Virus record (IMG/VR): IMGVR_UViG_3300020455_000019
Span: 1 to 51,013 of that record
Reading direction: 5' to 3' (one strand)
DNA length: 51,013 nucleotides
Source of the DNA: a virus
Taxonomy: Duplodnaviria; Caudoviricetes
Shown here: positions 17,510 to 24,706 of the stretch, in pieces
Numbering within the stretch: the stretch's first letter is position 1
How the letters are laid out: each line of letters begins with the position of its first letter
Notes under the pieces: model-generated
What the model was told of the DNA's origin: nothing
Database searches by the model: none
Seen by the model: only the letters and a program-made list of their open reading frames with translations
Made by a program: the position numbers and the translations under genes

Positions 17510-17682
17510 GTTGGCACTCTTCTTCTTTAGGATCTTCAATTCACCTCTTTTGGGTTTGCGAAAAGCCAACTGTTAAGGGGAGGAACATAAGGATCACAGC
17601 ACCAACGCCTGAAGACGCAAGGAAAATCCTAGATAGGAAATTTCCTGAAGCCAAAATTTTATTTAAAAAAACATTGCTATGA
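17506..17682 (+). CDS. Small hypothetical protein (58 aa)
   Basis: Start re-assigned to MSWHSS because of the ATGA overlap. Confidence 0.65.
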   Translation: MSWHSSSLGSSIHLFWVCEKPTVKGRNIRITAPTPEDARKILDRKFPEAKILFKKTLL

Positions 17683-17822
17683 CTGACCAATTTAATCGTT
17701 TGTTGATGAAAGAAATTAACGAACACAAAGCATCTATTGAACGCCTTGAAAACAAACTCGACAAAGTACTTGGTGCTTTTGAAATCTTATTAACTTCTGT
17801 ACCAAAAAAGAAAAATGACTGA
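17679..17822 (+). CDS. Small coiled-coil protein (47 aa)
   Basis: MTDQFNRLLMKEINEHKASIERLENKLDKV...; overlaps both neighbours. Confidence 0.65.
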   Translation: MTDQFNRLLMKEINEHKASIERLENKLDKVLGAFEILLTSVPKKKND

Positions 17823-18480
17823 ATCAGCATTAACAAATACTCCTGAGTCTTCCGTTTACAAAAACGAAGGATCATTTGAGTTATATCAACGAATGGCTAA
17901 ATCATTAGCCCAAAGCAAATTAGTTCCTACTGCTTATCAAGGACAAGATGGATTACCAAATTGTCTAGTAGCACTGGAAATGGCGAATCGCATGAACATT
18001 AGCCCTTTGGTGGTCATGCAAAATATGAATGTTATTCATGGAAAGCCAAGCTGGTCTGCTCAGTTTGTAATCGCAACAATTACAGGATGTGGCAGGTTTG
18101 AGGACTTTGATTACGAAGAAAAAGGTACAAAGGCTATCCGATGTAAAGCTATTAGAAGAAAAGACGGAAAGGAGGTCTTTGGTGCGTGGGTAACTATGGA
18201 AATGGCACAAAAAGAAGGCTGGACTCGCAACAGTAAATGGTCAACTATGCCACAATTGATGTTGCGTTATAGGGCAGCAACTTTCTTTGGGAGACAATAT
18301 GTGGCAGATTTGCTCCTTGGGATACAAACTGAGGATGAAATAGTTGACATCCAACCTGTGAATGTAACTGTGCCTAACACACCCCATGAGGCTGCTATCG
18401 CACAACCAGAAGAAACTGAGCCTCTCGTTGTAGAGGACAAACAAATTCCTAAAGAGGCCAAAGATGACTTCGACTTCTGA
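17815..18480 (+). CDS. recT: RecT-like single-strand annealing protein
   Basis: LVPTAYQG, VMQNMNVIHGKPSW, KWSTMPQLMLRYRAATFFGR; downstream of the RecE-like gene; acidic DDFDF tail. Confidence 0.8.
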   Translation: MTESALTNTPESSVYKNEGSFELYQRMAKSLAQSKLVPTAYQGQDGLPNCLVALEMANRMNISPLVVMQNMNVIHGKPSWSAQFVIATITGCGRFEDFDYEEKGTKAIRCKAIRRKDGKEVFGAWVTMEMAQKEGWTRNSKWSTMPQLMLRYRAATFFGRQYVADLLLGIQTEDEIVDIQPVNVTVPNTPHEAAIAQPEETEPLVVEDKQIPKEAKDDFDF

Positions 18481-18655
18481 ATTTCTAACTGACACGCAGC
18501 TTGCCGAACGATGGCAAATGCACCGTAAAAGTTTAATTAGGTGGAGGAGCCAACGAAAAGGGCCACCATTTATTGCAATTAACGGAAAGATTCTCTACAA
18601 AATGGCTGATGTAGAGAACTACGAACAAGCCAACACTCAAGCAAATGTTTCTTAA
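18464..18655 (+). CDS. Excisionase/AlpA-like HTH DNA-binding protein
   Basis: FLTDTQLAERW..HRKSLIRWR...GPPF...ILY..ADV. Confidence 0.85.
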   Translation: MTSTSEFLTDTQLAERWQMHRKSLIRWRSQRKGPPFIAINGKILYKMADVENYEQANTQANVS

Positions 18656-18663
18656 CTTTTATC

Positions 18664-19047
18664 ATGTTTAACATCAAACTCGCAGTATTCCCACAATCAG
18701 CAGAAGATCACAAGAGGATTCGTAAGGACAAGTACGATGCAACAAAGAAGTATCCCGAATTTGGTGGGATAGCAAATGTTCCTGTTAGTGAGTTACCTGA
18801 TTTAATCAAGTATTTAACTCATGCAACACCTGACTATGACGACTATCTAAAGCAAGAAGTTGTCCCACTAAGGGCTAGTGGATATATGAATGAGTCGAAA
18901 GGAGGCAAGAAGTATTTAGGCTTGCAACTCACTAGCGATTACAACAAGCAACAGGAAGTAAACCAAGGCAAATCTATTAGCGCAAATAAAGACGCTGATA
19001 AGCCTGCTGTTCCTGAGACAAGCAAAGAGAACTCAAACTGGTTCTAA
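18664..19047 (+). CDS. Probable single-stranded DNA-binding protein
   Basis: Beta-rich core (PLRASGY..ESKGGKKYLGLQL), flexible tail ending in F, recombination operon context. Confidence 0.6.
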   Translation: MFNIKLAVFPQSAEDHKRIRKDKYDATKKYPEFGGIANVPVSELPDLIKYLTHATPDYDDYLKQEVVPLRASGYMNESKGGKKYLGLQLTSDYNKQQEVNQGKSISANKDADKPAVPETSKENSNWF

Positions 19048-19052
19048 TTAAT

Positions 19053-19145
19053 GATCGGGTAGCTTGTATTTATACAAGACTGGGATGGAATGTTCAGAAA
19101 GAATACAAGGAGGTCACGCAAAGCACCTTCATAAACTGCCCGATC
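19053..19145 (+). ncRNA. Candidate structured RNA (multi-stem junction)
   Basis: 10-bp closing stem GATCGGGTAG/CTGCCCGATC enclosing 2-3 hairpins, followed by a T-rich tail. Confidence 0.55.
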
Positions 19146-19160
19146 TTTTATTACTTTTTC

Positions 19161-19200
19161 GTTACACAAGGTTGCATTGAGTTACCTCTAGTGTTATGTT
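19161..19200 (+). promoter_or_regulatory. Sigma70 promoter with 10-bp-phased GTTRCA repeats
   Basis: TTGCAT(19172)-N17-TATGTT(19195) with an extended TG; shares AAGGTTGCAT with 16421-16430. Confidence 0.7.
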
Positions 19201-19248
19201 GAGCATAAGCGTAAAGCTTTTATCTTTTATTTTTAATACTTATCTTCT

Positions 19249-20196
19249 ATGCGAAGACGTACTAGCGCAAAAAAGGCTCTTACTGCAAAAGCCAATCAAA
19301 CAAAAATTGCGAACTCAAAAGTTTCTTTTGAGATTGAATCTATTGACAAGCAATTAGCTACAGATTATTTAGCTACTAACTTTGAAAACAATAGAAAAGT
19401 TAGATCTTCTTCTGTTTCTAAAATAGTTGAAGATATTAAAGACGGTAATTTCCATTTAAGTTGGGATTGCCTTGCTTTCAATGAAGAAGGCCAATTAGTT
19501 AATGGTCAACACAGATTATCTGCTGTTATAGAAGCTGATATTCCTTGCTTATTTTATGTTTTAAGAAACATAGATCATTCAACGGTCAAGCATTTCGATA
19601 TTGGTAATAAGCGAAGCCAAGCTGATCGTATTTCAGTTCATGGGACACCAATGCACCCTAAAGCTTGTGCTGTTATTAAAGCTATGTTTGGCGAGTGGGA
19701 TGCTAATTTCACGGGATCAAGCAAGTTTGCTAACGCAAAATACGATGACATAATTGCTTCTTACTACAACAGACATTCTGAGTATTTTGAGCAACTTGAA
19801 GCTGATGGATATTTCAAAGCTAAATACATAGGTAACTATGTTGCAGCAGCTTTTAAAATTTTCTTAGAGATGAAAGTTGGTAAGGCAAGGTTTAATGAAT
19901 ATCCTCACGAAATGGAGCCTTACGAAAGAAGCACTTACTGGTTGGACTTGTGTGTTGACGGTAAATCTAAGGATACGATGATTGATTACAACACCGATCA
20001 AGCACCGTTCAAGCTTAAAGAAAAGCTAATTGCTAGGAAAGGCTTAGGTAAAACTATGTATGGGCAAGATGCTTTCAAGCTTCATTGCACTGCTGCCTAT
20101 TACTTTATGCAAGGTAGATGCCCAAATATCAGGGTAGACAACATGAAGTCTGATCCGTTTAGTGTCTTTAGAGGCATGTCAGCTTCAAATGTATAA
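19249..20196 (+). CDS. ParB/Srx-like (DGQHR-type) N-terminal domain protein
   Basis: NNRKVR...IVEDIKDG.F...LAF...GQLVNGQHRLSAV...FDIG..RS. Confidence 0.75.
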   Translation: MRRRTSAKKALTAKANQTKIANSKVSFEIESIDKQLATDYLATNFENNRKVRSSSVSKIVEDIKDGNFHLSWDCLAFNEEGQLVNGQHRLSAVIEADIPCLFYVLRNIDHSTVKHFDIGNKRSQADRISVHGTPMHPKACAVIKAMFGEWDANFTGSSKFANAKYDDIIASYYNRHSEYFEQLEADGYFKAKYIGNYVAAAFKIFLEMKVGKARFNEYPHEMEPYERSTYWLDLCVDGKSKDTMIDYNTDQAPFKLKEKLIARKGLGKTMYGQDAFKLHCTAAYYFMQGRCPNIRVDNMKSDPFSVFRGMSASNV

Positions 20197-20423
20197 ATAA
20201 TGGAGAAGAACATACCTCTTCTCCTATAAAGCAACTAAAATCAAATAAAAAAAGATGATCCAACCTCTTGTTATTAGCAGCGTTATCAGCGCAATCTCTG
20301 TTGTAGCTGCAAAAAAGTTTCTTAGAAGAGAACCTAAGATGCAAAAAGTTCTTGAAAGGAGGAGACTTGATCCGACCTAACAAGCTAATTCCTTAGAATT
20401 GGTTTATCTCTTATCTTTATCTC

Positions 20424-20834
20424 ATGGCTTTAACTTTCAACAGTAAAACGATTAAGAAGGTTATTAGTATTGATGAGCTTGAAAAACTAAGTGATCCAGA
20501 ACTAGAGCTTGTAGAAAAAGAACTTGAAACAGCTATCAAAACCATGAATGAAAGCATGGCAGAAATAGCTCACGAAAAACATTCGCAAGGTCTTAAACCT
20601 GACTCTGACTGGCTGATAAGAATCAAGAGAAAGAAACAAATTTGTGATACTTTTTTACAAAAAATACAAACAAATATAACGCTAAATAATAGCGAATTTG
20701 TTAAACAAAAGTATCAACAAAATCTAAACAAATTGTTACAGAAAGCTCTTGGTGTTACAGAGTTTGAAGCTTTAAAAAGTGAAGCTCAAAACATTACATT
20801 TGAACAAGTCATTAACACTAAAACCACATGCTAG
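20424..20834 (+). CDS. Helical/coiled-coil hypothetical protein
   Basis: 136 aa with a TTATCTTTATCTC leader. Confidence 0.75.
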   Translation: MALTFNSKTIKKVISIDELEKLSDPELELVEKELETAIKTMNESMAEIAHEKHSQGLKPDSDWLIRIKRKKQICDTFLQKIQTNITLNNSEFVKQKYQQNLNKLLQKALGVTEFEALKSEAQNITFEQVINTKTTC

Positions 20835-20871
20835 TGTGTTAGAAAACTACTCTAGTCTTCACAATTTAAAA

Positions 20872-21045
20872 ATGCCACAAGACTATGGCGTGAATCTTCT
20901 TTCTTATGGACTCGACTCTTGTTTCAAACCTTGGTACTCAGACGGAAAAGCTATCTACTGGGGACAGTATTGTTCTACTAGAAGCGAGGCTGAAGCAGCA
21001 GCTAAAGCCTTGGCAAATAGAGAATGGGAAAGCCCAGTTCTCTAA
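20872..21045 (+). CDS. Small hypothetical protein
   Basis: MPQDYGV...FKPWYSDGKAIYWG...SEAEAAAK; start re-assigned to ATG 20872. Confidence 0.55.
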   Translation: MPQDYGVNLLSYGLDSCFKPWYSDGKAIYWGQYCSTRSEAEAAAKALANREWESPVL

Positions 21046-21211
21046 TTTTCTTTATCAATTATTTGACAGGGACAATGCAGAACTACCACTTAAAAGCACC
21101 TATACAGGTCTTTGGGAGCAATTTCAAGAACTTCGTGAAATAGATCCAGAGTTACCAGAACACATTCGATTAAATTTTATTCTTAAATACAATGGAGCTT
21201 TCAGAAAATGA
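20906..21211 (+). CDS. Small protein with LY...R...TYTGLW motif
   Basis: C-terminal motif is shared with 22899..23066; start uncertain. Confidence 0.55.
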   Translation: MDSTLVSNLGTQTEKLSTGDSIVLLEARLKQQLKPWQIENGKAQFSNFLYQLFDRDNAELPLKSTYTGLWEQFQELREIDPELPEHIRLNFILKYNGAFRK

Positions 21212-21307
21212 AGGGAAAGTAGTTTCAGCTTCTGGACATCTTTTCCTAATAGAAAATGGAATCAGAAGGTGGCTTTCTACTCCACCTGATGACTATATTT
21301 GTACCAA

Positions 21308-21618
21308 TGGCATCGCTCAGGTATCACGCAGGAAGAATGGTTCTCTATGAGGACACCTGTGAGTCTTGGCGAGTAAAAATCAAAACAAAACAAGAAAAAC
21401 TTGACTTACCGTTATCTAGCAAGTCTCTTGAAGATGCAGTTTTAGAAGCTGAATATCTTTACGCAGACGCTAGAGCAATAAGCCAAGGTTTACCTAAATG
21501 TATTGATTGCTTGCATTGGTTAGTTGTTAAGGCTGAATGTGGTCTTGGTTTACCCGAAGGAAAAGGTAGCGGTGGAGTTTTTGCTAAGGATTGTGCTTGT
21601 TTCTGGGCAAGGAATTAA
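21308..21618 (+). CDS. Cys-rich hypothetical protein
   Basis: Likely start MASLRYHAGRM (approximate); CIDCLHW...CGLGLPE...CACF metal-binding pattern. Confidence 0.65.
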
Positions 21619-21820
21619 CAACATCTTCTAGCTCATAAATATATTCTTCTGCCTGTTCCAACATTTTACTAGCTTTAAAATTCTCTAAAGCCATCATGCT
21701 AATGATTTCTGCTATCCCTTCTACACCTGCTTCTGATATTGCTATTCGTAAAGCAATTTCAATCGCTAATTCATCTTCTAATGATATTTCTGCTGTTCTC
21801 CATGATTTCTTATAGGTCAT
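21584..21820 (-). CDS. Small helical protein (SLEDEL motif), paralog of 22537..22809
   Basis: Start re-assigned to MTYKKSW. Confidence 0.6.
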   Translation of the reverse strand: MTYKKSWRTAEISLEDELAIEIALRIAISEAGVEGIAEIISMMALENFKASKMLEQAEEYIYELEDVVNSLPRNKHNP

Positions 21821-21986
21821 TGACAATAAGATCAATAAGATCTGCTTTCCTATAAACCATAGGCTTTTTCCCAGCCATTTGCCGCAGATACCAATTAGGA
21901 AAATGTCTTAAATGTGACTTAAAACCATCTAATTCTTTAGGTGATCTGTAAACAAAAGGTTTACCAATCCAATCAAGTAAATTCAT
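21810..21986 (-). CDS. Small hypothetical protein (58 aa)
   Basis: MNLLDWIGKPFVYRSP...KADLIDLIVNDL; overlaps the next minus-strand gene. Confidence 0.65.
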   Translation of the reverse strand: MNLLDWIGKPFVYRSPKELDGFKSHLRHFPNWYLRQMAGKKPMVYRKADLIDLIVNDL

Positions 21987-22001
21987 AACGGCATGAGAAT
22001 C

Positions 22002-22072
22002 GAGAAACCCTTTAGCTGGGGATCAGGACTAAAAGGGATTCTCTGTCTGTTGCGGAGTGCTTCCCACACTCC
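22002..22072 (-). ncRNA. Two-hairpin structured leader/sRNA
   Basis: GGAGTG-TGGGAAG-CACTCC hairpin followed by a GAGAATCCCTTTTAG/CTAAAGGGTTTCTC hairpin; strand ambiguous. Confidence 0.5.
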
Positions 22073-22116
22073 AAACTTAAAATAACTTAAAAAAAATTAC
22101 TAGCAAATTATCTTTT

Positions 22117-22326
22117 ATGCCTACTCCAAAATTTGAACTTAACGATCAAGTTAATAAAAAAAGAAACACAGGAGTTTTTTTAAAAACAGAACCTGCTGTT
22201 GGAACCATTATCAAAATCATAGAAAAGCACAATGTAAGGAAACGCATTTGCTATTACTACGGAGTAAAATGGCCTGATGGCAGGCGGTCAGAACACGCAC
22301 AACACATACTGGTTCCAGCACCATAA
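22117..22326 (+). CDS. Small SH3/KOW-like beta protein
   Basis: KFELNDQV...VGTII...YYYGVKWPDG....H...L pattern; TTATCTTTT leader. Confidence 0.7.
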   Translation: MPTPKFELNDQVNKKRNTGVFLKTEPAVGTIIKIIEKHNVRKRICYYYGVKWPDGRRSEHAQHILVPAP

Positions 22327-22544
22327 TGGTTAATAAAATTCAAGCAGACTGTCCTGAGTGTGGGAACACTAGGACTAGAGTCGTATGCACTAGGCGTGAT
22401 CCTGATGGGGTTACTATCAGACGCAGGAGATGTGTCACCTGTGACTATCGGTGGTACTCAATTCAATACCCAGAAGTTCCTGTTGCTAATCAAGAAATTA
22501 AGTGGATGAAAGGCGATGTTGCTAAATTTTGTCCTTCTACTTAA
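22326..22544 (+). CDS. NrdR-like zinc-ribbon protein lacking the ATP cone
   Basis: CPECG..TRVV.TR.....IRRRRC..C..RW matches the NrdR N-terminal domain. Confidence 0.75.
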   Translation: MVNKIQADCPECGNTRTRVVCTRRDPDGVTIRRRRCVTCDYRWYSIQYPEVPVANQEIKWMKGDVAKFCPST

Positions 22545-22809
22545 TTCCAAAAATTCTCTGTAAAAAGCTAGGAGATTCTATTTCTTTAGCTACGAGTCTT
22601 CCTTGTAACTTTGCTATTTGTTCTAAGCAAGTAGCAATAAAATAACTTTGATGTAAATTTTGACGTTGCAAAGAAATTGCATACTTACGCAAATCGTCTA
22701 TGTCATGGCTTTCTTTTATCGCAAGAACTCTTTTTTCAATTATCAATTCCTCCTCTAATGTTGGTCTAGAAGCTAAAGCCTCAAGAAACGTAAGATCTAC
22801 TGGTTTCAT
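22537..22809 (-). CDS. Small helical protein, possibly NblA-like
   Basis: PTLEEEL...DLRKYAISLQRQNL helix-loop-helix pattern. Confidence 0.5.
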   Translation of the reverse strand: MKPVDLTFLEALASRPTLEEELIIEKRVLAIKESHDIDDLRKYAISLQRQNLHQSYFIATCLEQIAKLQGRLVAKEIESPSFLQRIFGIK

Positions 22810-22898
22810 GCTTTTCTTTTATCTTTAGCAATTTTTCTTGACGCAAGTAAGCCCGAAGCTGTTGCCTTCGTAATTCTTTGCAATGAGAGCATTGACAT

Positions 22899-23066
22899 TC
22901 AGGCTTCATCATTTTCTAACTCATCAGCTTTAGCAAGTAATCCTTTATAGGAATTGTGAAGTTTATGACTTGGTATGTGACGACCATCTAGAACGTAAAG
23001 CCGATCTAAACGCATTGCATGGGCAACATCTTGACCCATGACTGTTTTTATTGCTCTATTAATCAT
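22899..23066 (-). CDS. Small protein (55 aa), LY..DGR...H...YxGL motif
   Basis: MINRAIKTV...LDRLYVLDGRHIPSHKLHNSYKGLL; ATGA overlap. Confidence 0.65.
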   Translation of the reverse strand: MINRAIKTVMGQDVAHAMRLDRLYVLDGRHIPSHKLHNSYKGLLAKADELENDEA

Positions 23067-23218
23067 TGAAGTTTTAGCGTTCGATTAGGCCATAGTCTAG
23101 CTTCAATGAAATCAACGTCTTCATTGCAAAGACTGTTGTTAGTTTGCTCGGTAGCAGCTTCAAGTATCCAGAGCGTAAAGCGTTTCCCTCGCTCGCTGCT
23201 GAAAAATAGTTTTTTCAT
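23063..23218 (-). CDS. Small protein (51 aa)
   Basis: MKKLFFSSERGK...QTNNSLCNEDVDFIEARLWP; coupled to the next ORF. Confidence 0.65.
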   Translation of the reverse strand: MKKLFFSSERGKRFTLWILEAATEQTNNSLCNEDVDFIEARLWPNRTLKLQ

Positions 23219-23252
23219 TTGAAATATTCATAGAAACAGCTAAAATATTTTT

Positions 23253-23346
23253 GTACTTTCACAATGCAAGGTACTTATTCACGTCGAGGTGGGACTTGAT
23301 GTAGTAGAGAAGCCCCTAGTTTCGTAGAGGACACTAGGGGTTTTTC
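23253..23346 (+). ncRNA. Candidate free-standing small RNA (~94 nt)
   Basis: TTGAAA-N16-TAAAAT promoter (23219-23246), three consecutive hairpins, the last a GC-rich terminator with a T-run; no ORF. Confidence 0.55.
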
Positions 23347-23524
23347 ATTGTCCACGCCAATTACGAGGTCTTGTTGAATCAAGCCTAACTAATTCTTTAT
23401 CTATAGCGTTGAGGCGATGAAAGATCTCACGAATGTCTCCTTGGCGTTTATTAGAGCGATTACCAAGAACCATTAGTAAGGCTGACACCATAGCACCAAT
23501 TAAGGCAGCAGCAATTTCAGACAT
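23345..23524 (-). CDS. Small membrane protein (N-terminal TM + coiled coil), holin/XhlA-like topology
   Basis: MSEIAAALIGAMVSALLMVLG...IREIFHRLNAIDKELVRLD, 59 aa. Confidence 0.65.
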   Translation of the reverse strand: MSEIAAALIGAMVSALLMVLGNRSNKRQGDIREIFHRLNAIDKELVRLDSTRPRNWRGQ

Positions 23525-23708
23525 TTACGTTAGGCCATGTTCCTTGCTGGATCTTAATCCATTGCTTTTGTGCCTCTATAAGATCAGGCTTTGATGTCTC
23601 TGGATCGTTAAGCACACTCCATATTTCAATTCTGTTATTAATAGATTCAACAGTTATGCCATGAGACTCGGCTATTACTTCCTTTTGCGATTGAGAAAGG
23701 AATTTCAT
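23517..23708 (-). CDS. Small hypothetical protein
   Basis: 63 aa, overlaps the next gene. Confidence 0.6.
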   Translation of the reverse strand: MKFLSQSQKEVIAESHGITVESINNRIEIWSVLNDPETSKPDLIEAQKQWIKIQQGTWPNVNV

Positions 23709-23759
23709 TACTTTTAAGCCATTTATGTCTAATGTAGTTATGTTTTCAACTTTTTACGC

Positions 23760-24203
23760 ATGGCAGAAACAAAAACAGACGAACCAAAAAAGAAGAATCC
23801 TCTGCAAAAGTTAAAGGAGGGCTTAGATGATAAGGAAGAACAACTGCAAGTCTTGTCTACATTTGTGCGTTTGGGAGTTGTCGTCTGGAGTGGATTTATC
23901 TTGACCTTAAATTACGTTACGATTCCTGGTCTTGGTGAACAAGAAAGGATCGACCCGACTTTTATTGCATCTGTTTTTACGGGAGCTTTAGCGAGTTTTG
24001 GCTTGGAAACAGCAAAGAAAAGAGGTGATGGAACGTATAAAGCTGATGAAGAAAAGAAGAAGGCAGAAGCAGCAGGGTTTAGCAATGGTGTTCCTTATAC
24101 CATTATCAAGGTTGAGACTCCTATAAAGTTAGTACCAGATAAACCACGCATCGATCCTATTTCTGGCAAGGAAATAGATTCACAAACAGGCAAACTTACA
24201 TGA
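23760..24203 (+). CDS. Two-TM membrane protein (holin-like topology)
   Basis: STFVRLGVVVWSGFILTLNY and IDPTFIASVFTGALASFGL hydrophobic segments with charged termini. Confidence 0.7.
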   Translation: MAETKTDEPKKKNPLQKLKEGLDDKEEQLQVLSTFVRLGVVVWSGFILTLNYVTIPGLGEQERIDPTFIASVFTGALASFGLETAKKRGDGTYKADEEKKKAEAAGFSNGVPYTIIKVETPIKLVPDKPRIDPISGKEIDSQTGKLT

Positions 24204-24700
24204 AACGCTTCATTCCCCTTTTGCTTTTATTAGCAGCACCAGCTAACGCAGACATCTCTATCAAACACACAGCCAGCACAAGTCTGAAGGTTGATGGAGC
24301 AGCAGTGCAGGCTATTAGAGTTCCATCTACCTACGCTGTCTCTGGTAACAACATGAAAGTTACTACTGGGGAACACTTTGGAAAATTAACAGCTCCTACT
24401 TCAACTGCCGCAGCGATCCTAGATGTCGGAGCTATGGAAGTAAATGTTGTAGGCAGTGCCTTTTCGTACGAAGAATCCTATATCCAAGGTGATGCGATTC
24501 CTGCGATAGGTCATGGAGTCGATGTCTCCGCTGGGGTCGTACCAGACATGCCTGCTTTTGGTAATACAGTTGTAACCTCTGGAGGTGTTGCTGGCACCCT
24601 GCAAGGGACCGTTCTGAGTTCAGGTTTGACAACCGTCCAAGCTGGAGGGGCAGGTACGACTGGGGTAGCTCAGTACTCATCAGAAATTACCGTTAAATGA
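24200..24700 (+). CDS. Secreted beta-rich protein
   Basis: Sec signal MKRFIPLLLLLAAPANA; Gly/Ser/Thr/Val-rich mature part. Confidence 0.75.
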   Translation: MKRFIPLLLLLAAPANADISIKHTASTSLKVDGAAVQAIRVPSTYAVSGNNMKVTTGEHFGKLTAPTSTAAAILDVGAMEVNVVGSAFSYEESYIQGDAIPAIGHGVDVSAGVVPDMPAFGNTVVTSGGVAGTLQGTVLSSGLTTVQAGGAGTTGVAQYSSEITVK

Positions 24701-24706
24701 TACTTA

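Noticed and set aside
18464-18655. Lysogeny module
   Set aside because: Xis-like HTH only; no integrase, repressor or att site recognisable in the window
19053-19145. tRNA gene
   Set aside because: tRNA-like size and branching, but no T-loop GTTCRA, D-loop or anticodon arm geometry
19249-20196. DndB / phosphorothioation system
   Set aside because: Only the generic ParB-like GQHR motif is present; no dndACDE or ssp genes
23253-23346. Cyanobacterial Yfr1/Yfr2 sRNA homolog
   Set aside because: Lacks the ACTCCTCACAC (Yfr1) and GGAAACA (Yfr2) motifs within the predicted RNA
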